A DNA stretch of 64,000 bases from Octopus sinensis (GCF_006345805.1 NC_043000.1:98704001-98768000); one strand, 5' to 3'; numbered from the stretch's first letter, positions 12,900 to 26,490 are shown. Notes: a model not told the origin generated them from the letters alone. Made by a program: numbers and translations.

Positions 12900-13880
12900 C
12901 TAGCTTTCGTTGGGAGTAGTCCACATAACCATTCATGATACAGAGGCTCTTACTTAGTCGCTAGCACATGTCCTATAGCTGCAATAGAATGCTGTATCAC
13001 AAACAAGAATGTGATTTACCTAAGGCATCACTCAGTAATCTATGAAGTCCATTTACACATTTCTCAATACATGCTTCTGTTATAACATACTCTACTCCAA
13101 TATAAGCCTCCATCGTAAATGGGTAGGTTTGCTAGTATTACAAATGCTACAAAATATTTTGTTTCATGAAATCAATGAAATAATGAGTGACAGAAGAGAC
13201 AGAACGTGGGTTAAAGAAACGCGATGGGAAACATTATATATCTATCTATATCTATTGGTATAAAGTTGAATTTAGAAACTGGATGTAGAAGCTGGAGACT
13301 TCCAAGCATTTGTACGTATTTATCCTCTTTCCCTTTGATTTTTGAAAAGATATTCACGTCAGCAGAGTAGCTGACCTCCATGACAGTATGTGCATACTTT
13401 ATCTTATCTTTCTCCAACAGCAATATCCGGCCTATTATATTTACGTGTGATAATAGTGTTGATGGAGATAGTTGAGTATGTATTTCAAGGCTCTCTTTTT
13501 CGGATAGTACTAGTGCTCAACTAGTACTATGTTGTTGTAGAGAGTCACGTCGTGTCGTATGTGGCACCTGCTAATCACATTCGTGGTGTCTTCCACATTT
13601 TCGGCTGCAATTTTGCGGATCCAAGGAGTTAACTGACGTTTTTGTTTACAAGGCATTTATTTATAATCTCCTGTAATTCGATTGCAAATGCATAGCCTTC
13701 GAAGGGTGGTGTGGTTATGAGTGAAAGAGAGGCTGCGTTTCATGTCGTTATAGCTGTCTTCTCCAATTCTTCGGCAAATATATCTATACACAATACTTTA
13801 TTGGCATGCCGAGCATTTGAGTATTCTGAGATATTCTATGAGATATGCTAGTCCAACTGTTTAGTATTGTATGGCAGGTC
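12900..13880 (-). mobile_element. Degenerate RLE-type non-LTR retrotransposon 3' region, distinct from the TAA-cluster family
   Basis: Minus strand reads NRPDILLLEK...MEVSYSAD...KEDKY...FIPI (RLE), with a decayed zinc-finger/RHD segment near 13545-13620. Confidence 0.65.
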
Positions 13881-13979
13881 GTCAGGATGTGAGTACTTCC
13901 TGAGGTACTTTCTGCCAAAACGTAGGATGTTATTCACTTCACTTTTCAGTCATATATGTATGTATGCTTCGCTTTTTTC

Positions 13980-14428
13980 CCTGGGGTACAAATATACGAA
14001 GTCCAGTATACCCATCATGACTATCCGTCTTATAAGAGTACACCAGACACAAGCATCACAGCCATATGTGTGCAACGTGATGACCTCATATCAAGATAAA
14101 AAAACCGCATGACGTTGTAGGTGGAGTGCAGCTAGAATTTCCTTCAGGTTGTGTAGTCCATCCAGTTCAAAACGTTCCTGAATAAGGGTTGTTTCAGGAT
14201 GTTAAACGAAACACTCATGTTTCCAGAGGTGAATTACTCAAACTCCAAATCACTCCTCTCAACATATGGGTATGTTGCTCCTCCACAACTTCGGCTCATG
14301 ATCAGAGATGCACATATCATCTGCCACCAAAGGACATTCTCAAATAGTTCATGTTAAATAACTGATAAGCAAATCTGTGATATTCAACAGAATATTTACT
14401 GTAGCCCGTCTTTTACAAGACAAAACAT
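13980..14428 (-). mobile_element. Partial copy of the ~540-bp non-coding element at 33718-34255
   Basis: Reverse complement of about 33780-34220. A smaller piece lies at about 3503-3585. Confidence 0.8.
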
Positions 14429-14662
14429 GTATGTATGTATGTATGTATGTATGTATGTATGTACTATGTATGTATGTATGTATGTACTATGTATGTATGT
14501 ACGTATGTATGTATGTATGTATGTATGTATGTATGTATGTATGTATGTATGTATGTATGTATGTACTATGTATGTATGTATGTATGTATGTATGTATGTA
14601 TGTACTATGTATGTATGTATGTATGTATGTATGTATGTATGTATGTATGTATGTATGTATGT
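14428..14662. repeat. (TATG)n microsatellite with TAC interruptions
   Basis: Directly visible. Confidence 0.95.
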
Positions 14663-15404
14663 ATTATCTGATAGATTTCTGGCAGGAAATCTTTTATAGG
14701 TTTATAAATGCCACCAATTTTTCAACCACTATTACGGTTATATAATTCTAATTTCACTCTTAACTTATTTTAAGTCTAATTTATAATATATTGCACTTTT
14801 ACCTCTTAAACTCAACCTTGTCCGTCGTATTTCATCTTACTAACCTTGCAACTTCATCATACCCCTTCCTCTTACTATTGTCTATCTAGACATATCATAA
14901 AATATGTATTTTCTTATCGTCTCTCGTTTAAGTACAATTGGGGACTTCATATAATATCAGCTTTTCTTATCATTTGTCTCTGGCTATAAATTAAATAAAT
15001 AATATCATTAAATAGACGTTTTCCAAAATATTTTATTCTCTCTCTCATTCTCTCTCCCTTTCTTCCTCTCTCTCTCTCTCCATCTAAAGTCTACAATGTG
15101 ACATTTTATACAGTATCGACGTTACTTACCATATTGTCTCTCATCACAATTTAAACAGTTGGTTACAGAATTTATCTCAGTGCCTTTAACAATCACGTAA
15201 ACAAAAGCAGTTATGCAAAAGCTCATTATACAATAATTGATCAAGATATATTTAATTCTCTCAATTCAGAGATTACTGCCAAGAAAATCTTCTTATATTG
15301 TGTATGTTGTATACCGTTCTTTATTATAGATATTTTAACTATGATTATTGAAAATATATTGAAATTTTCCGCTAACTTTGACACATATGAACGTATATAT
15401 ATAT

Positions 15405-15690
15405 AACGGGAAGCTTTATGAAAATAGACAAAAGACGAAGGCAGGTGGAAAACAAACGAACAATTGTATTAGTATGGCGCTCAGGAAATATAAATAAAAC
15501 AAGTCGTTAACGTTTCGAGCCTACGCTCTTCAACAGAAAGATACACAGAGAGAAAAAAAACACAGAAAGAAGGAGAGAAAAAAATGCGTGCAGTAGCTAA
15601 CGAATCAACATGGCGATCTGATTTCGGCCAGAGGTCAAAGATCAAACATGAGACGCGAGAGCGAAATAAGGGGAGATAATAGGGTTGATA
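15405..15690 (-). mobile_element. Penelope pseudo-LTR-like non-coding element with HHR motif
   Basis: HHR-like motif at 15505-15540. The downstream C.GAGCG.CA..CTAATACA motif is shared with the module at about 50660-50795. Confidence 0.6.
15505..15540 (-). ncRNA. Minimal hammerhead-like motif (CTGTTGA core variant)
   Basis: Reverse complement reads CTTT-CTGTTGA-A-GAGC-gtag-GCTC-GAAA-CG-TT-AACG. Confidence 0.55.
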
Positions 15691-15709
15691 ATATGGTTGA
15701 AGGACCAGC

Positions 15710-16048
15710 TAATAGTGCGTAGGAGGGGTCTGGACGTGTGTATGTATAGGGTTGGTGTATGTATTAGTATGTATAAGGGTGTGTGTGTGTGTGTGTATGA
15801 GAGAGTATTAGTGCGTAGGATTGGTGTGGACGTGCGTATGTATGGGGTTGGTGTATGTATTAGTATGTATTAGTATGTATTAGTACGTATTAGTATGTAT
15901 AAGTGTGTGTGTGTGTGTGTATGAGAGAGTATAAGTGCGTATGAGTGGTCTGGACGTGTGTATGTATAGGGTTGGTGTATGTATTAGTATGTATTAGTAT
16001 GTATTAGTACGTATTAGTATGTATTAGTTGGTGTATGTATTAGTATGG
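15710..16048. repeat. Compound minisatellite (~100-130 bp unit with internal TTAGTATGTA 10-mers)
   Basis: AGTGCGTA...GGACGTG.GTATGTAT.GGGTTGGTGTATGTATTAGTATG occurs three times. Confidence 0.85.
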
Positions 16049-16479
16049 CACATCATATATGATGTGATGTGTGAAGTCGTGTGGTGTAGTGAGGAGAAGA
16101 GGGGGGAGAAGGGGGGAGGAGAGGGGGGAAGAGGAGAGGATGGGGGAGAGAGAGGAGGGGGAGAAGGAAAATAATAGTAAGTAAAAATAATTCATTCACA
16201 CACACATATAAACAGACAAACACACACACACACACACGAACAAACACACACACACACACACACATATTTAAAAAATCTGACAAAAATACAATAAAACGTT
16301 TTACAAAAATATACCAAACAGAAAATTCGTAGCTAATTCCTCAGCAATCAACGCCTAAAACATCATTACAATTTCATGCCTTTAACGTTGATATTGTTCA
16401 AGTTGATATTGTTCAGTGGCGAAAAGCCACTGGGAATAGCTAACGAACGCTATATATATATATATATATATATATCATT

Positions 16480-18760
16480 ACAAATAATAGTACGGGATAG
16501 CCACCGCCAAGACCAGGTCTTGGCTATGTGGGCCACCCTGCTCGATACCTCGGCCCATTTCTCAATTTGGAGACCTGGTCCAAACCAGACTCCTAGCAAC
16601 TTAATCGGACGCTCTATCCAACGTCCCACGACGCTGTCAGGAGGCATCGACTTGCCTCTCCAGGTGCCGAGCTGCAAGCCGACTGACTTTTCACGATTAA
16701 CCTTTGCTCCTGCCACCGTCTCGTATTCCTCAATGCCCTTGCATACTCTCTGTAGGTAATCTATTTCGGTTACGATGATGGTGATATCGCCCGCGTACGC
16801 TGAAACCAACTCTCCACAACCTGGCTGTCTGGGGATGTCGCTCAGTTTTCGCAGCAATGGCCCAACAGCCATTACATAGAAAAGCGGGGAGAGTGGACAC
16901 CCTTTACGAACCAAGCGTTGGATGCTGAACGGCTTGAATAAAAAGCCGTTCACCCGAACTACCGAGTCGATAAATTTCAATGATCCACCTGAGGAAGCCA
17001 AGACCCAGGCCGAACTGTGCCAGAACGGACACCAGGTAATGATGGTTCACCCTATCAAAAGCCTTTGATTGGTCTAAATGGATCACTGCCCCTCCCTTGC
17101 CAGAATCATTATTAAAACCCTCTACAGTGTACCGTAGAAGATGGAGATTACCTGAATGGTTCTATTAGGGACGGCACATGTATGTGCCTTCCCGATCAAG
17201 CCAATCTTTTCGACAACACTTTGGCCAAAATCTTCAACTCTGTGTTTAGCAGAGTGATGGGCCGAAAATTATCAATGCAATCCCTCTTGTTCGGGTCCTT
17301 TCTGACAAGCGTCACCATTCCCCGGCGCACAGATCTGCTGTCAGGTCGCGTAGACATTCGCCAGCAGGTGCCCGAGTAAGTCTGGCATACTCTTATACAG
17401 TTCATAGGGTAGACCATCCAGTTCCAGCGACTTACCCGCGTTGCAGTCCGCCATAGCCTCAATTACCTCCTCAAGCATGATCTGCCCTTCACAACACTCC
17501 GCGTCCTGCCCCGAAAGTTGTGTCCTGCCTCGAAAGTTGTGTCCTGCCCCGAGAGGTCACCCCCACCGAAAAGTTGGGCGAAGTGCTCCGGAAAGACCTC
17601 ACACATCTCCTCGAGCTCATTTAGCAACTTAGCACGTTGGTTCGTCAAAGATCGTATTGTGCTATCGTTCCACGTTGGTCTTCCACCACTCGAGCCCATC
17701 CTGCAGTCTTGATTCCTTCACAACCCAATGCACGAATCCTAGCTCTGACAATGCAACCCTATATTGGGCTTCGGAGTGCTGGTTTAACACCAGTCTCTTG
17801 GCCGTCACCTGAGCTGCAGAGCCAGATTCCATTGCTTCCTCTAATTCCTTAGCTAATGCTAATCCCTTCCTAGCCTCTCTAGCCACTAAACCTATGCTGT
17901 ATCTAATAGACTCAAATTTAATGGCTCGCTTGAGAGCATATCACCATTTGCTATTAATAACAGATCGGGCTAATGGCCTCTGAATCAATAACTTAGTCCG
18001 GTCTCTGCACTCCTTAATCGCAAAAAATGGACGTATTAAGTTTTTAGTAGCCGGATCCTCTATTATATAACTTATCTATGTCGAGCGTACATGTGACCGT
18101 TTTATGATCACTGTAGCTGACCGGGAAAAACTGTGGACACCTAACAATATCCTTATCTGCTTTTCTAATAAACACCCTATCTAGGTATGACCTGGAAGAT
18201 CCGTCGCTGTTTGACTATGTCCACAATGGAACGTTCGGAAATTCCAGCCTATAAGGATCTGGTAGCTCAAAGTTCCAGGAAGCAAGGATTACCTCTTCTA
18301 TCAGAATACGAGCCACCATCATCTACACGTGCGTCGCAGATTGTGTATAGTCTCCTAGCACAACTAGAGAATGTGATGTACCGAGAAACATCTCCAGGTT
18401 CTGAAAATATTCACTTTGCCCGTTTTCAGTGGGTGCATAAATTGCAACAAGTCTGATAATCTTACCACGACTTAGCGTCAAATCCACGACGATCAGCTTA
18501 CCTTCTGGGTTTGAAAAAATTAACTTTTTCTCAGAAACCCGGTTTCATTTTAACAGGACCAACACCCCCTCTCCCTAGCAGGAAAAAAAAACTCTTGTAG
18601 CCATCAAATTGTGGGAGGAGATCTCTTGGCCCCATTACCGGTTTTCCATAGCAACAATGGCATCAAAATTGCGTGACCTAATATCATTAAGGAAGCGACC
18701 TTGCTTCCAGCTTGACCCCAGGCCACGCACATTCAAACAACCAACATGAATACAAGCCAT
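16480..18760 (-). pseudogene. LINE ORF2 (APE endonuclease + reverse transcriptase), broken and truncated
   Basis: NVRG start motif, DH catalytic motif near 18105, RT motifs in ORFs 17196-17462, 16904-17086 and 16450-17001. Confidence 0.85.
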
Positions 18761-20351
18761 CTACTTACCTTCGCATCGGTGGCATTCGGTCTTTTCTTTT
18801 TCCTTTATACGGGCTCGTGGGGTGGTTTTACATAGGTCCTCGTCCATGGACTTACTGAAGTCCAATCTCGGAGGGCCTATATCTGTAGGAAAATAGGATT
18901 TTAATACTCTGAGATTTGTATTGTCTATGTAGCATACTAAAATTCCTTCCCTAAGTTTTGTATAGTGTTCTTTGTATATTTTTGCTGTTCGGATATTTTT
19001 AATACGTGTTGACAATTGTTCATTCTTGGCAATTGTTGCCACTAATAATAGTTTGGTTTGCCAGTATTTTCTGGGACTGGAGGGGACGGATGATTTTCCT
19101 GGGCTGAGCAGAGGAGATGTACGGGGGAGAGGGTATCAGGACTGGCGGAAGGGAATGGGAGAGGTGTAATATCAGGCTGAAGGGGAGGGAGAGGAGGATA
19201 TTAGGGCTGGAAGAGGGGATATTGCTGTTTTCTTGGTGAATAGTGGTGGGGAGTGGAGGCGCAATGGCCCAGCGCAATGGTCGTAGGATCGCGGTTTCGA
19301 TTTCCAGACCGGGCGTTGTGAGTGTTTATTGAGCGAAAACACCTAAAGCTCCACGAGGCTCCGGCAGGGGATGGTGGTGATGGACTGCTTTCATCCAGTG
19401 GTGGGGAGGGGTAGTTTGAATTTCGCGTGTATCTGCTGAGGGAGCTTTTTTCTTGTTCGTGCTGGGTGTGGAGGGGGTGGGATTGGGGTTCTTCCTTTTG
19501 GGTACTTTTTTTTCTTTTTACTGTCGACCAACCGTCTTCACTCCCAGCTAGTTGAGTGTTTTCATTGCTTGGAGACTGCTGGTCAGTCTTCTGTGTCTCT
19601 CCCTCTTCCTTTTGGGCCGTCTCCACCTTACGGGTAGGACAGTTTTTCCGAATGTGGCCCTTCTCTCCACATTCGAAGCACTGGGGTCTTCTCACCTCCA
19701 CCATTACTCGTAAGGTGGTTTCTTCTCCGAGGTGTATATTTTCCACGATCCTTTCTAGGGTCTGTGGCGCCGCTTGGATGATGACCTCAAGTTCTGCTGG
19801 TAGACTTTTGAAGCCTCCAGTATTGTTATTTCTTCTTCAAGCCCCATTAGTAGCGCTGAGTATAGCCATGTGACGTCAATTCCTGGGGGAATCTCTTGTA
19901 ATCTTTGATGCGCGCCTGCCTAAGTATGTTGGCAGCAACACAATGTCTGTGGTTCTCAAAGGTTTCACTGAGTGTGTTTTAGTATTCTCTTCGCTCTTGA
20001 AATAAACTACTACGGTTGCAAAACGTTTCCCTCTGGTCAGGTACTCAATGTCCTGCCAGATCGGTTGCAGGCATTTTTCTATTTCTTTATTTGGTGCTTT
20101 GTCGATGTTTTTGTCTTTTATTACTAGGGCTTTAAACACAATTAATTTCTTGGCATTTTCTCTATGATTTCGCTCGGGAGGGTGGCTTTTATGTCGTATC
20201 CCTCCTTCGAAAACATGTTTTGGTGCTGCATTAGCACACTTCGTTCTATAAACAATTTTTCGTCTTTGACTCCTGCCACAGCTGCAAAGTTTATCTTTTT
20301 GGGCTGTTCAACAAGTTTCTTTGCCGTTGGCATGCTTAACATTTCATTCAT
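18761..20351 (-). pseudogene. LINE ORF1 (zinc-knuckle protein), broken
   Basis: Consecutive ORF fragments 20142-20351, 19876-20139, 19201-19746 (CCHC), 19020-19277 and 18761-19042. Confidence 0.75.
19253..19381 (+). mobile_element. 5' head fragment of SINE family C inside LINE ORF1
   Basis: Near-identical to the 5' part of the SINE at 27929-28315 (GTGGAGG.GCAATGGCCCAG...GGATCGCGGTTTCGAT..CCAGACCGGGCGTTGTGAG...GGCAGGGGATG). Confidence 0.85.
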
Positions 20352-20581
20352 TTTATCACAGTTTTTTTTCCTCTTCAGAGGAAGTATTTATTTGTAACAA
20401 AATTTGCTGAAAAACACCACAAAACTACATAATTCCTCCCTTACCCACCCAATCACCGAGGGGAATAGTAGTTCACACCGTCTTCCACACGCAGAACGCT
20501 ATTAATAACAGCACAACAAGGAAAGCAATTCAGTAACAACAATTTCAACACTAACCTTCAAGGAAGTATTCACAAGTCACA

Positions 20582-20819
20582 ATACCTATTTCTTTATTAC
20601 CCACAATGGGCTAAACACAGAGGGGACAAAAAAGGACAGACATAGGTATTAAGTCGATTACATCGACCCCAGTGCGTAAATGGTACTTAATTTATCGACC
20701 TAGAAAGGATGAAAGGCAAAGTCGACCTCGGCGGAATTTGAACTCACAACGTAACGACAGACGAAATACGGCTACGCTTGTTTCGCCCGGCGTGCTAACG
20801 TTTCTGCCAGCTCGCCACC
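20582..20819 (-). mobile_element. SINE family A copy with variant tail
   Basis: GTCGATTACATCGACCCCAGT...GATGAAAGGCAAAGTCGACCTCGGCGGAATTTGAACTC...CTGCCAGCTCGCCACC. Confidence 0.85.
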
Positions 20820-20949
20820 ATACTACATCTAAATTAAGGAGTTTAAATCAGCATTTTCACTTAAAAGATATAAATATTGAAAACTATTAAAACAAATATA
20901 TCCTAATAAAATTATTCTACTTATAACAAAACACCACGTGCTGCAGGTA

Positions 20950-23650
20950 AATTAAGAGACTATACTTATGTCTTAGCCCCTTGCTGCCAAAAGACTAAAA
21001 AGACCGTTATATATTTGTTGGCTGTACTCAATACTAACTGCCCAACAGACTGAGCAACTACCCAACGGAAGTGACGTTTAATATAACAGTGATTGACAGT
21101 CAACCCCCAAAACGTCTAAACATTAATCCTACCTGAAGTAATAACTAACATTTCTTACAGTTTGGGTCCCAGCTGTAAACCAGAAGTTATTCCATATTTT
21201 CTCACAATTTCAATGTTTCCCGAAGCAATGGTTAATGCATTTAACCAATCTTTTAGCATTCTAAACTTGTATTTCCACGTGCACCTTTCACATATAAACC
21301 CCACCCCCAAACTTCCGACTTTATTATTCTATTATTTTAAAGAGGAATTCTACGATCCGACCAAAGCAACGATGTAGTGCAAAAATTAAAACTGCTTTAT
21401 TATAAATATTAGTCACGATATTAGTCTACAGTAACTACGTTAACATCTAAATAGTTAACCGCATTTACGGAGTCACTATTTGTAGTCACTTCGAGATCTA
21501 TAGGATATACATTTTTTCCAGGCAAAAATTCAAAATACCTTAGCTATGAATAAAGAATATCATCGATATGTCATCAGCACTCACTGTTGCTTCCAGCCTG
21601 AACGGCAACGTTTTCTTTCTCTGCTTTACATTCAGACGGTTAAGATCCGAAACATATTTTCTTTTCTTTGTATGTAAACTTTTTAAGCATCTCCCTGAAG
21701 TCTTCTGGGAGCTAGTTTTTCCCAAAATTCTTTAGAGTTCTTTGTGCTTCATTCCATTAAATTGACATTCTGCCTAACTGAACACCATTCTCTTTACTGA
21801 AAATATAAACTGTATAAGGAATTATTTAAATATGAACACACAGTATCATTTTTTTCTATTCTAATTTTAACGATACATTTCAGATTATTCCTAAAAAGTC
21901 ATTATTTATTTATAAAATGTCTTAAATTGGTATTCAAAATGGTAATATTGCTTCTTGTCTTTGGATGCTTTGCTCATTTATCATAAACTGCAATTTATTA
22001 TCTTAAATTTTGCGTGACACAGGAACGTTTGCTGTGGAATTGTTTATTTTTAAGTGTGAGAAACATGAACTAGAAGATACTAATCATATTTTTGTGAAAT
22101 CACGTGTACAAACAAACCAGTCCTAAATTTGTAGTAATATTTATTGCTTTTGATTGTTTGAAGGCATGTATTGAATCGACTTGAGTCAATTATTGCGTTA
22201 CAATGTTAAGAATGTCATATGGAAGGTGATGCAAACTTTCAGACGAGTCGTTTACCAGAAACATCGAATAACACTTTAAAGCTGTTATTTCTATTCTCTC
22301 TAACCAATTACTTACATAACTACATGTGTGAATCTATATGTAAACACACACAAAGCAAATACTTGGTCATATTAGAGGTTCGTTGAATAGACATGCTACA
22401 CTCTCTGATGTCATGTTCAATAATGACTTCTATCAAAGCAAAAAAAAAGTGTCAGAATATTTGTATTTGAGTAAGGAAAAAGACTGCTTGGCGTCCATGT
22501 TATTAGAGATGAAGCTAAACTACCATTAACAATACATCCAAATGTATTGGTAAACATCAAGGGCAAATCTCATCTGTATATTAAAATGCAGTGGTGATAA
22601 ACTGTTATATCAAATCATGCCAAAGTTAAGATATTAAGAAAGTCTTGATAATCCAGCTACCAGAACGTTGTAGAAGGAGAAGGATTTCACCAGAAATAAA
22701 AACGTACAAGTGACTAACTTCAAAGATACATGTGACGGTATCTATGTAGTTCTATTATGCAGCATCTTATACTATTTTCATATTCACCTTGTTTTGAATA
22801 AATTTCATGTTTTAATATACATCTTCCCACGTTCCCAACTATAAAAACTAGTTAAGTATGAGATGACAGAGAAAACATATGGAGCAGCTACCTTAATATG
22901 AAGTTATTTAATAATGATATGACTTGTATTTTATTTTGGTTATCGAGTTTTCTAATTCAAAAATCGCTGCTGGGGCTAATTTGAAAAAACAGATTTTAAT
23001 GTTTTCCAAAGAATATGATGAGATGTAATTACGCAGTAGCTGCACGCAAAATTTATACTAATATCATTTGTTTCGATACGAGGACAATTCTCTTATAGAA
23101 AAGCACATAGTTAATTGAAGTGACCTCAATTATATTTACGTCTCCTGATTTTATGATCTGCGTAAAAAAATAACTACAGTGTAAACCCATTAGATATGAG
23201 CTGAGATTTGAAGAAAATACTAAATACTGTTTATGCGTTTCATTCACTGTCATTCCATTTCCATTAACTCGCCACAGTTACAAAAATGACAAGCACCAGG
23301 TACCGACAGCATTTTTATCCAACGCCTTCAGTATATCTAAACTGCCCGATTTCCAACTAAATTCAGATCTACATTCAGTTCTCACTTTAATGTATAGCAT
23401 GAGGTGAAAGTTGTCTCGAATTGATCGCCCAGAAAGAAACAAAAACGCCTTGGTTGAATATTGCAAGCATTCGAACGAACTCTGAGTTAGGGGATACTTT
23501 CCTCCCTTCCATCGGCATCACAGGGCCTGTAATGGGTCATTACCATTGGATTTCTCTCCTGAATAAAAAGTAATATTTGTTTGGTGCAACAAATTTTCCA
23601 ACCTCACTTTAGCTTATTTAGATAAAATTGTCAACTCGGCAGTTTTCACT
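20950..23650 (-). mobile_element. Ancient, highly decayed Tx1/L1-type RT relic
   Basis: Colinear decayed motifs on the minus strand: HYRP (~23530), GRSIRDNFHLMLY...LDILKALDK (23320-23430), VSADDISMI (~21570), SGLQLG (~21175). They match the order NFRP / NRTIQ-NLHLLRY / LDQSKAFDR / VSAYAGDI / VGLQLG in the younger copy. Confidence 0.55.
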
Positions 23651-25024
23651 AAAATTATCTGCTGTGTCTCCGTCATTAATGTTTTTCATTAAAAGCACAA
23701 CTATGCACTGGCGTACACCACTGGCGGTGTTCCAAATTCGCTGCTATTTACTGTACACATGAAACAAAGACTGAGCAGACAAGTCTGATATGCTCTAATG
23801 GATTTTGTTGAACAGAGCTGACGATTTTCCTCTCAAACATCCAGTCAGTAATTTCACAAACTAAAATGTTGTTATTGGTCATTGTACCACTTCACCTCCG
23901 CTGTGGACCAGTAAATTCCTCCTCCCAAATAGTGTGGTAGTCTGGTAAAATTTGTAAAGGCTACCCCAAGTGTTTGATATAGGACGCCACGCACGTCTTT
24001 TCCTAACTATTAAAAAAAGAACAGTATTATGGCTTTGTTGCCGTATGATAGCCATTGCTTTTTGAGTTGCTGCGACTGACACATACCGATCATAAAAACG
24101 TCCTTGACTTTGACATGGTTGTTATATTGCAGCTGAATTTTTTTTTGACAAAATTACATTTGTCATTAATGCCACTGTTGCTGCTGTTGTTGTCACAGTC
24201 AATTATCATCAGTCTTACACTGAGATTCTCATTGTAGCCATTTAGTTTTGCTAATGATGTTATTTTGCTTCAAGCTGCTCTGTTTTTTGACTGACGATCA
24301 TCAGTACATACACTGATATTTTATTAGCATTTTATCTTGCCTCTCATATTCTGCATTAGCATTTTAATCTGATTTATTTTTGTCAATCTATAAAATTTAG
24401 TTTTGACCATAGTTTAAACATTTTGAAAATAATGTTTAGTCTTTATAGTTTTTGAGTTTTGACTCAAATTGGTCAAAAAAAAATTTATTGGTAAAAAAGC
24501 AGTTACTGTAAAAAGAGTGGACTAACACAGGAAAAATAATATTCTTAATTAGTTGAGCTTGAAAAACCGCGGGATAAGAAGAGAAAACAATATATTGCAA
24601 CAGAACTTGAAATTTGAATTTAAATAATATACCCATCAGAAACGTTAGGATCAAAAACAAAAGGGGAAAAAATTTACAGGAAAGATTAAGTTGTCCTTCA
24701 GAAGCGTATTAGTAGCTGAACTAGGGCTTAGATGAACTTGATGAAAAGAAACAATAACAAAACAGGGTAATTAGGGAAAGAAAGGGTTACAACTGCAGTT
24801 ACTTGGATAGTTCAACAGACACATCAAGAAAGAGAAACAGTCGCAAATCCATGTGAGAGTGGCTCCGAAATTGAAACATAAAGAAAGTTACATTTGTTTG
24901 TTGCTGTTCAAGATGAAGCTTTAAGTGTAAGTTCCGTGAGCAAAGGTTTATTGCTCACTGAGCAATGGTATTATTCTACCGTTTCAACGAATTAGACAGT
25001 ATCACTAACAGTACATTTGCACGA

Positions 25025-25058
<34 letters not shown>

Positions 25059-25114
25059 TAATAATAATAATATAATAATAATAATAATGATAATAATAAT
25101 AATAATAATAATAA

Positions 25115-26447
25115 ATGGATAAATTGCTAGAGAAAGAAATGAAAATGGATAAATTGATGGAGAAATAAATGACAGAAAAAATTAAGGTGGAATACTTGCG
25201 CAGACTGTGACTGATCCTTAAATCGAAATTAAATGGACGGAATAAGATAAAAGCTATCAACAACTGGGCAGTTTCACTCCTTAGATATGGAGTAGGGGTA
25301 ATCGCATGGACAGTAGACGAACTAAACAGCTTAGACAGAAAGACAAGGAAGTTGCTAACTAGATATGGGACACTCCATCCAAAAAGTGACACAGACAGAC
25401 TGTATGTACCAAGAAAACGAGGGGGAAGAGGACTTATTGGATGCGAACACAGCATTAGAGCAGAAGAAAACAACATAGCATGGTATGTAAAAAATGCCAC
25501 AGAACCGCTATTATTAGAAGTAGGAAGGTCAGGCTTGTGTAGGATGAAAGATTGCAAAGATAAAGCACTATACAAGGAATTGAAAACGAATGGAACTGAA
25601 AATAGGTGGGTAAAGAAAAGAATGCATGGGCAATTTCATAGGGATGTTGAAGATAAGACAGACAGAAAAAAGGATGGCTGTGGATGACTAAAAGTGATTT
25701 AAAACCGGAAACGGAGGCTCTAATTTGTGCTGCCCAAGAACAAGCACTAAGAACAAACTACATAAAATACAGAATAGACAACACAGCAGAATGTGATAAG
25801 TGCAGAATCTGTGGACAAAACGGCGAAACTATATGGCATATTACCAGTCAATGTACTCCACTAGCCCAGAAGGAATGTAAGAGACGCCATGACAATATAG
25901 CCAGGCTTGTCCATTGGACACTCTGCAACAAGTACGGACATGACAGAGCAAAAAATTGGTATGACCACAAACCTGAAGGCCTCATCGAAAATAGAAATGC
26001 TAAGATACTATACGATTTTATAATTCAGTGCGACCATGAGATAGGGAGACTAGGAAGCCGGACATAGTCTTAATTGAGAATGAAAACATACTATGCTAGA
26101 TCATAGATATAGCATGCTCAACTGACAACAGCGTATGCGATAAGGAAGAAAAAAGTTGAAAGATATGACAGGTTAGCTTGGAAAGTTAAGCAGCTATAGT
26201 CGAGGAAAAATATAGCAATAGTAACAATAATCGTCGGAGCTCTGGAAACAGTGAGCAAAAATCTCGAGAAGTACGTGGAACAAATTGCGGCTGAAATAAT
26301 GGTGGAGCACTTTCAGAAAATAGCACTGCTTGGAACCACTCCAATAGTCTGGAAGGTGCTCGAAAAATAAGAGGTGTTACCTTAGTTCACTGGTAATGAA
26401 CAGCTGACACTGTAGTACATCTCTAGCGTTAGAAGCTGTACAAAGGC
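25115..26447 (+). mobile_element. 5'-truncated R4/Dong-type LINE in (TAA)n
   Basis: HPKSDTDRLY...GGRGL; LKPETEALICAAQEQAL; CRICGQNGETIWHITSQC; RRHD; KPDIV RLE. (TAA)n on both sides. Confidence 0.9.

Positions 26448-26490
<43 letters not shown>

Larger units (their letters stand above)
16480..20500 (-). mobile_element. Tx1/L1-clade LINE, 5' region present, 3'-truncated, frameshifted
   Basis: ORF1 pieces (20351 to 18761) include the CCHC knuckle CFECGEKGHIRKNC. ORF2 starts at 18760 with MACIHVGCLNVRGL (APE endonuclease). RT motifs: NFRPITLLNTELKILAK, LDQSKAFDRV, RKGCPLSP, AYAGDI. Confidence 0.9.

Noticed and set aside
14377-14745. Long ORFs of MYVC, YIYI, HTHT, IIII type here and throughout the window
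   Set aside because: Translations of stop-free microsatellites, not genes.
15710-16048. Repeat-spacer-like pattern suggesting CRISPR
   Set aside because: Units are degenerate low-complexity tandem repeats without unique spacers, there are no cas genes, and the context is eukaryotic.
16387-16432. 14-bp tandem repeat followed by hairpin CAGTGGC-GAAAA-GCCACTG
   Set aside because: Real but tiny; no family or function can be supported, and an intrinsic terminator is not meaningful here.
23053-24420. Possible host exon or endogenous viral sequence
   Set aside because: Many stops in all frames; the recognisable motifs fit a decayed LINE RT instead.
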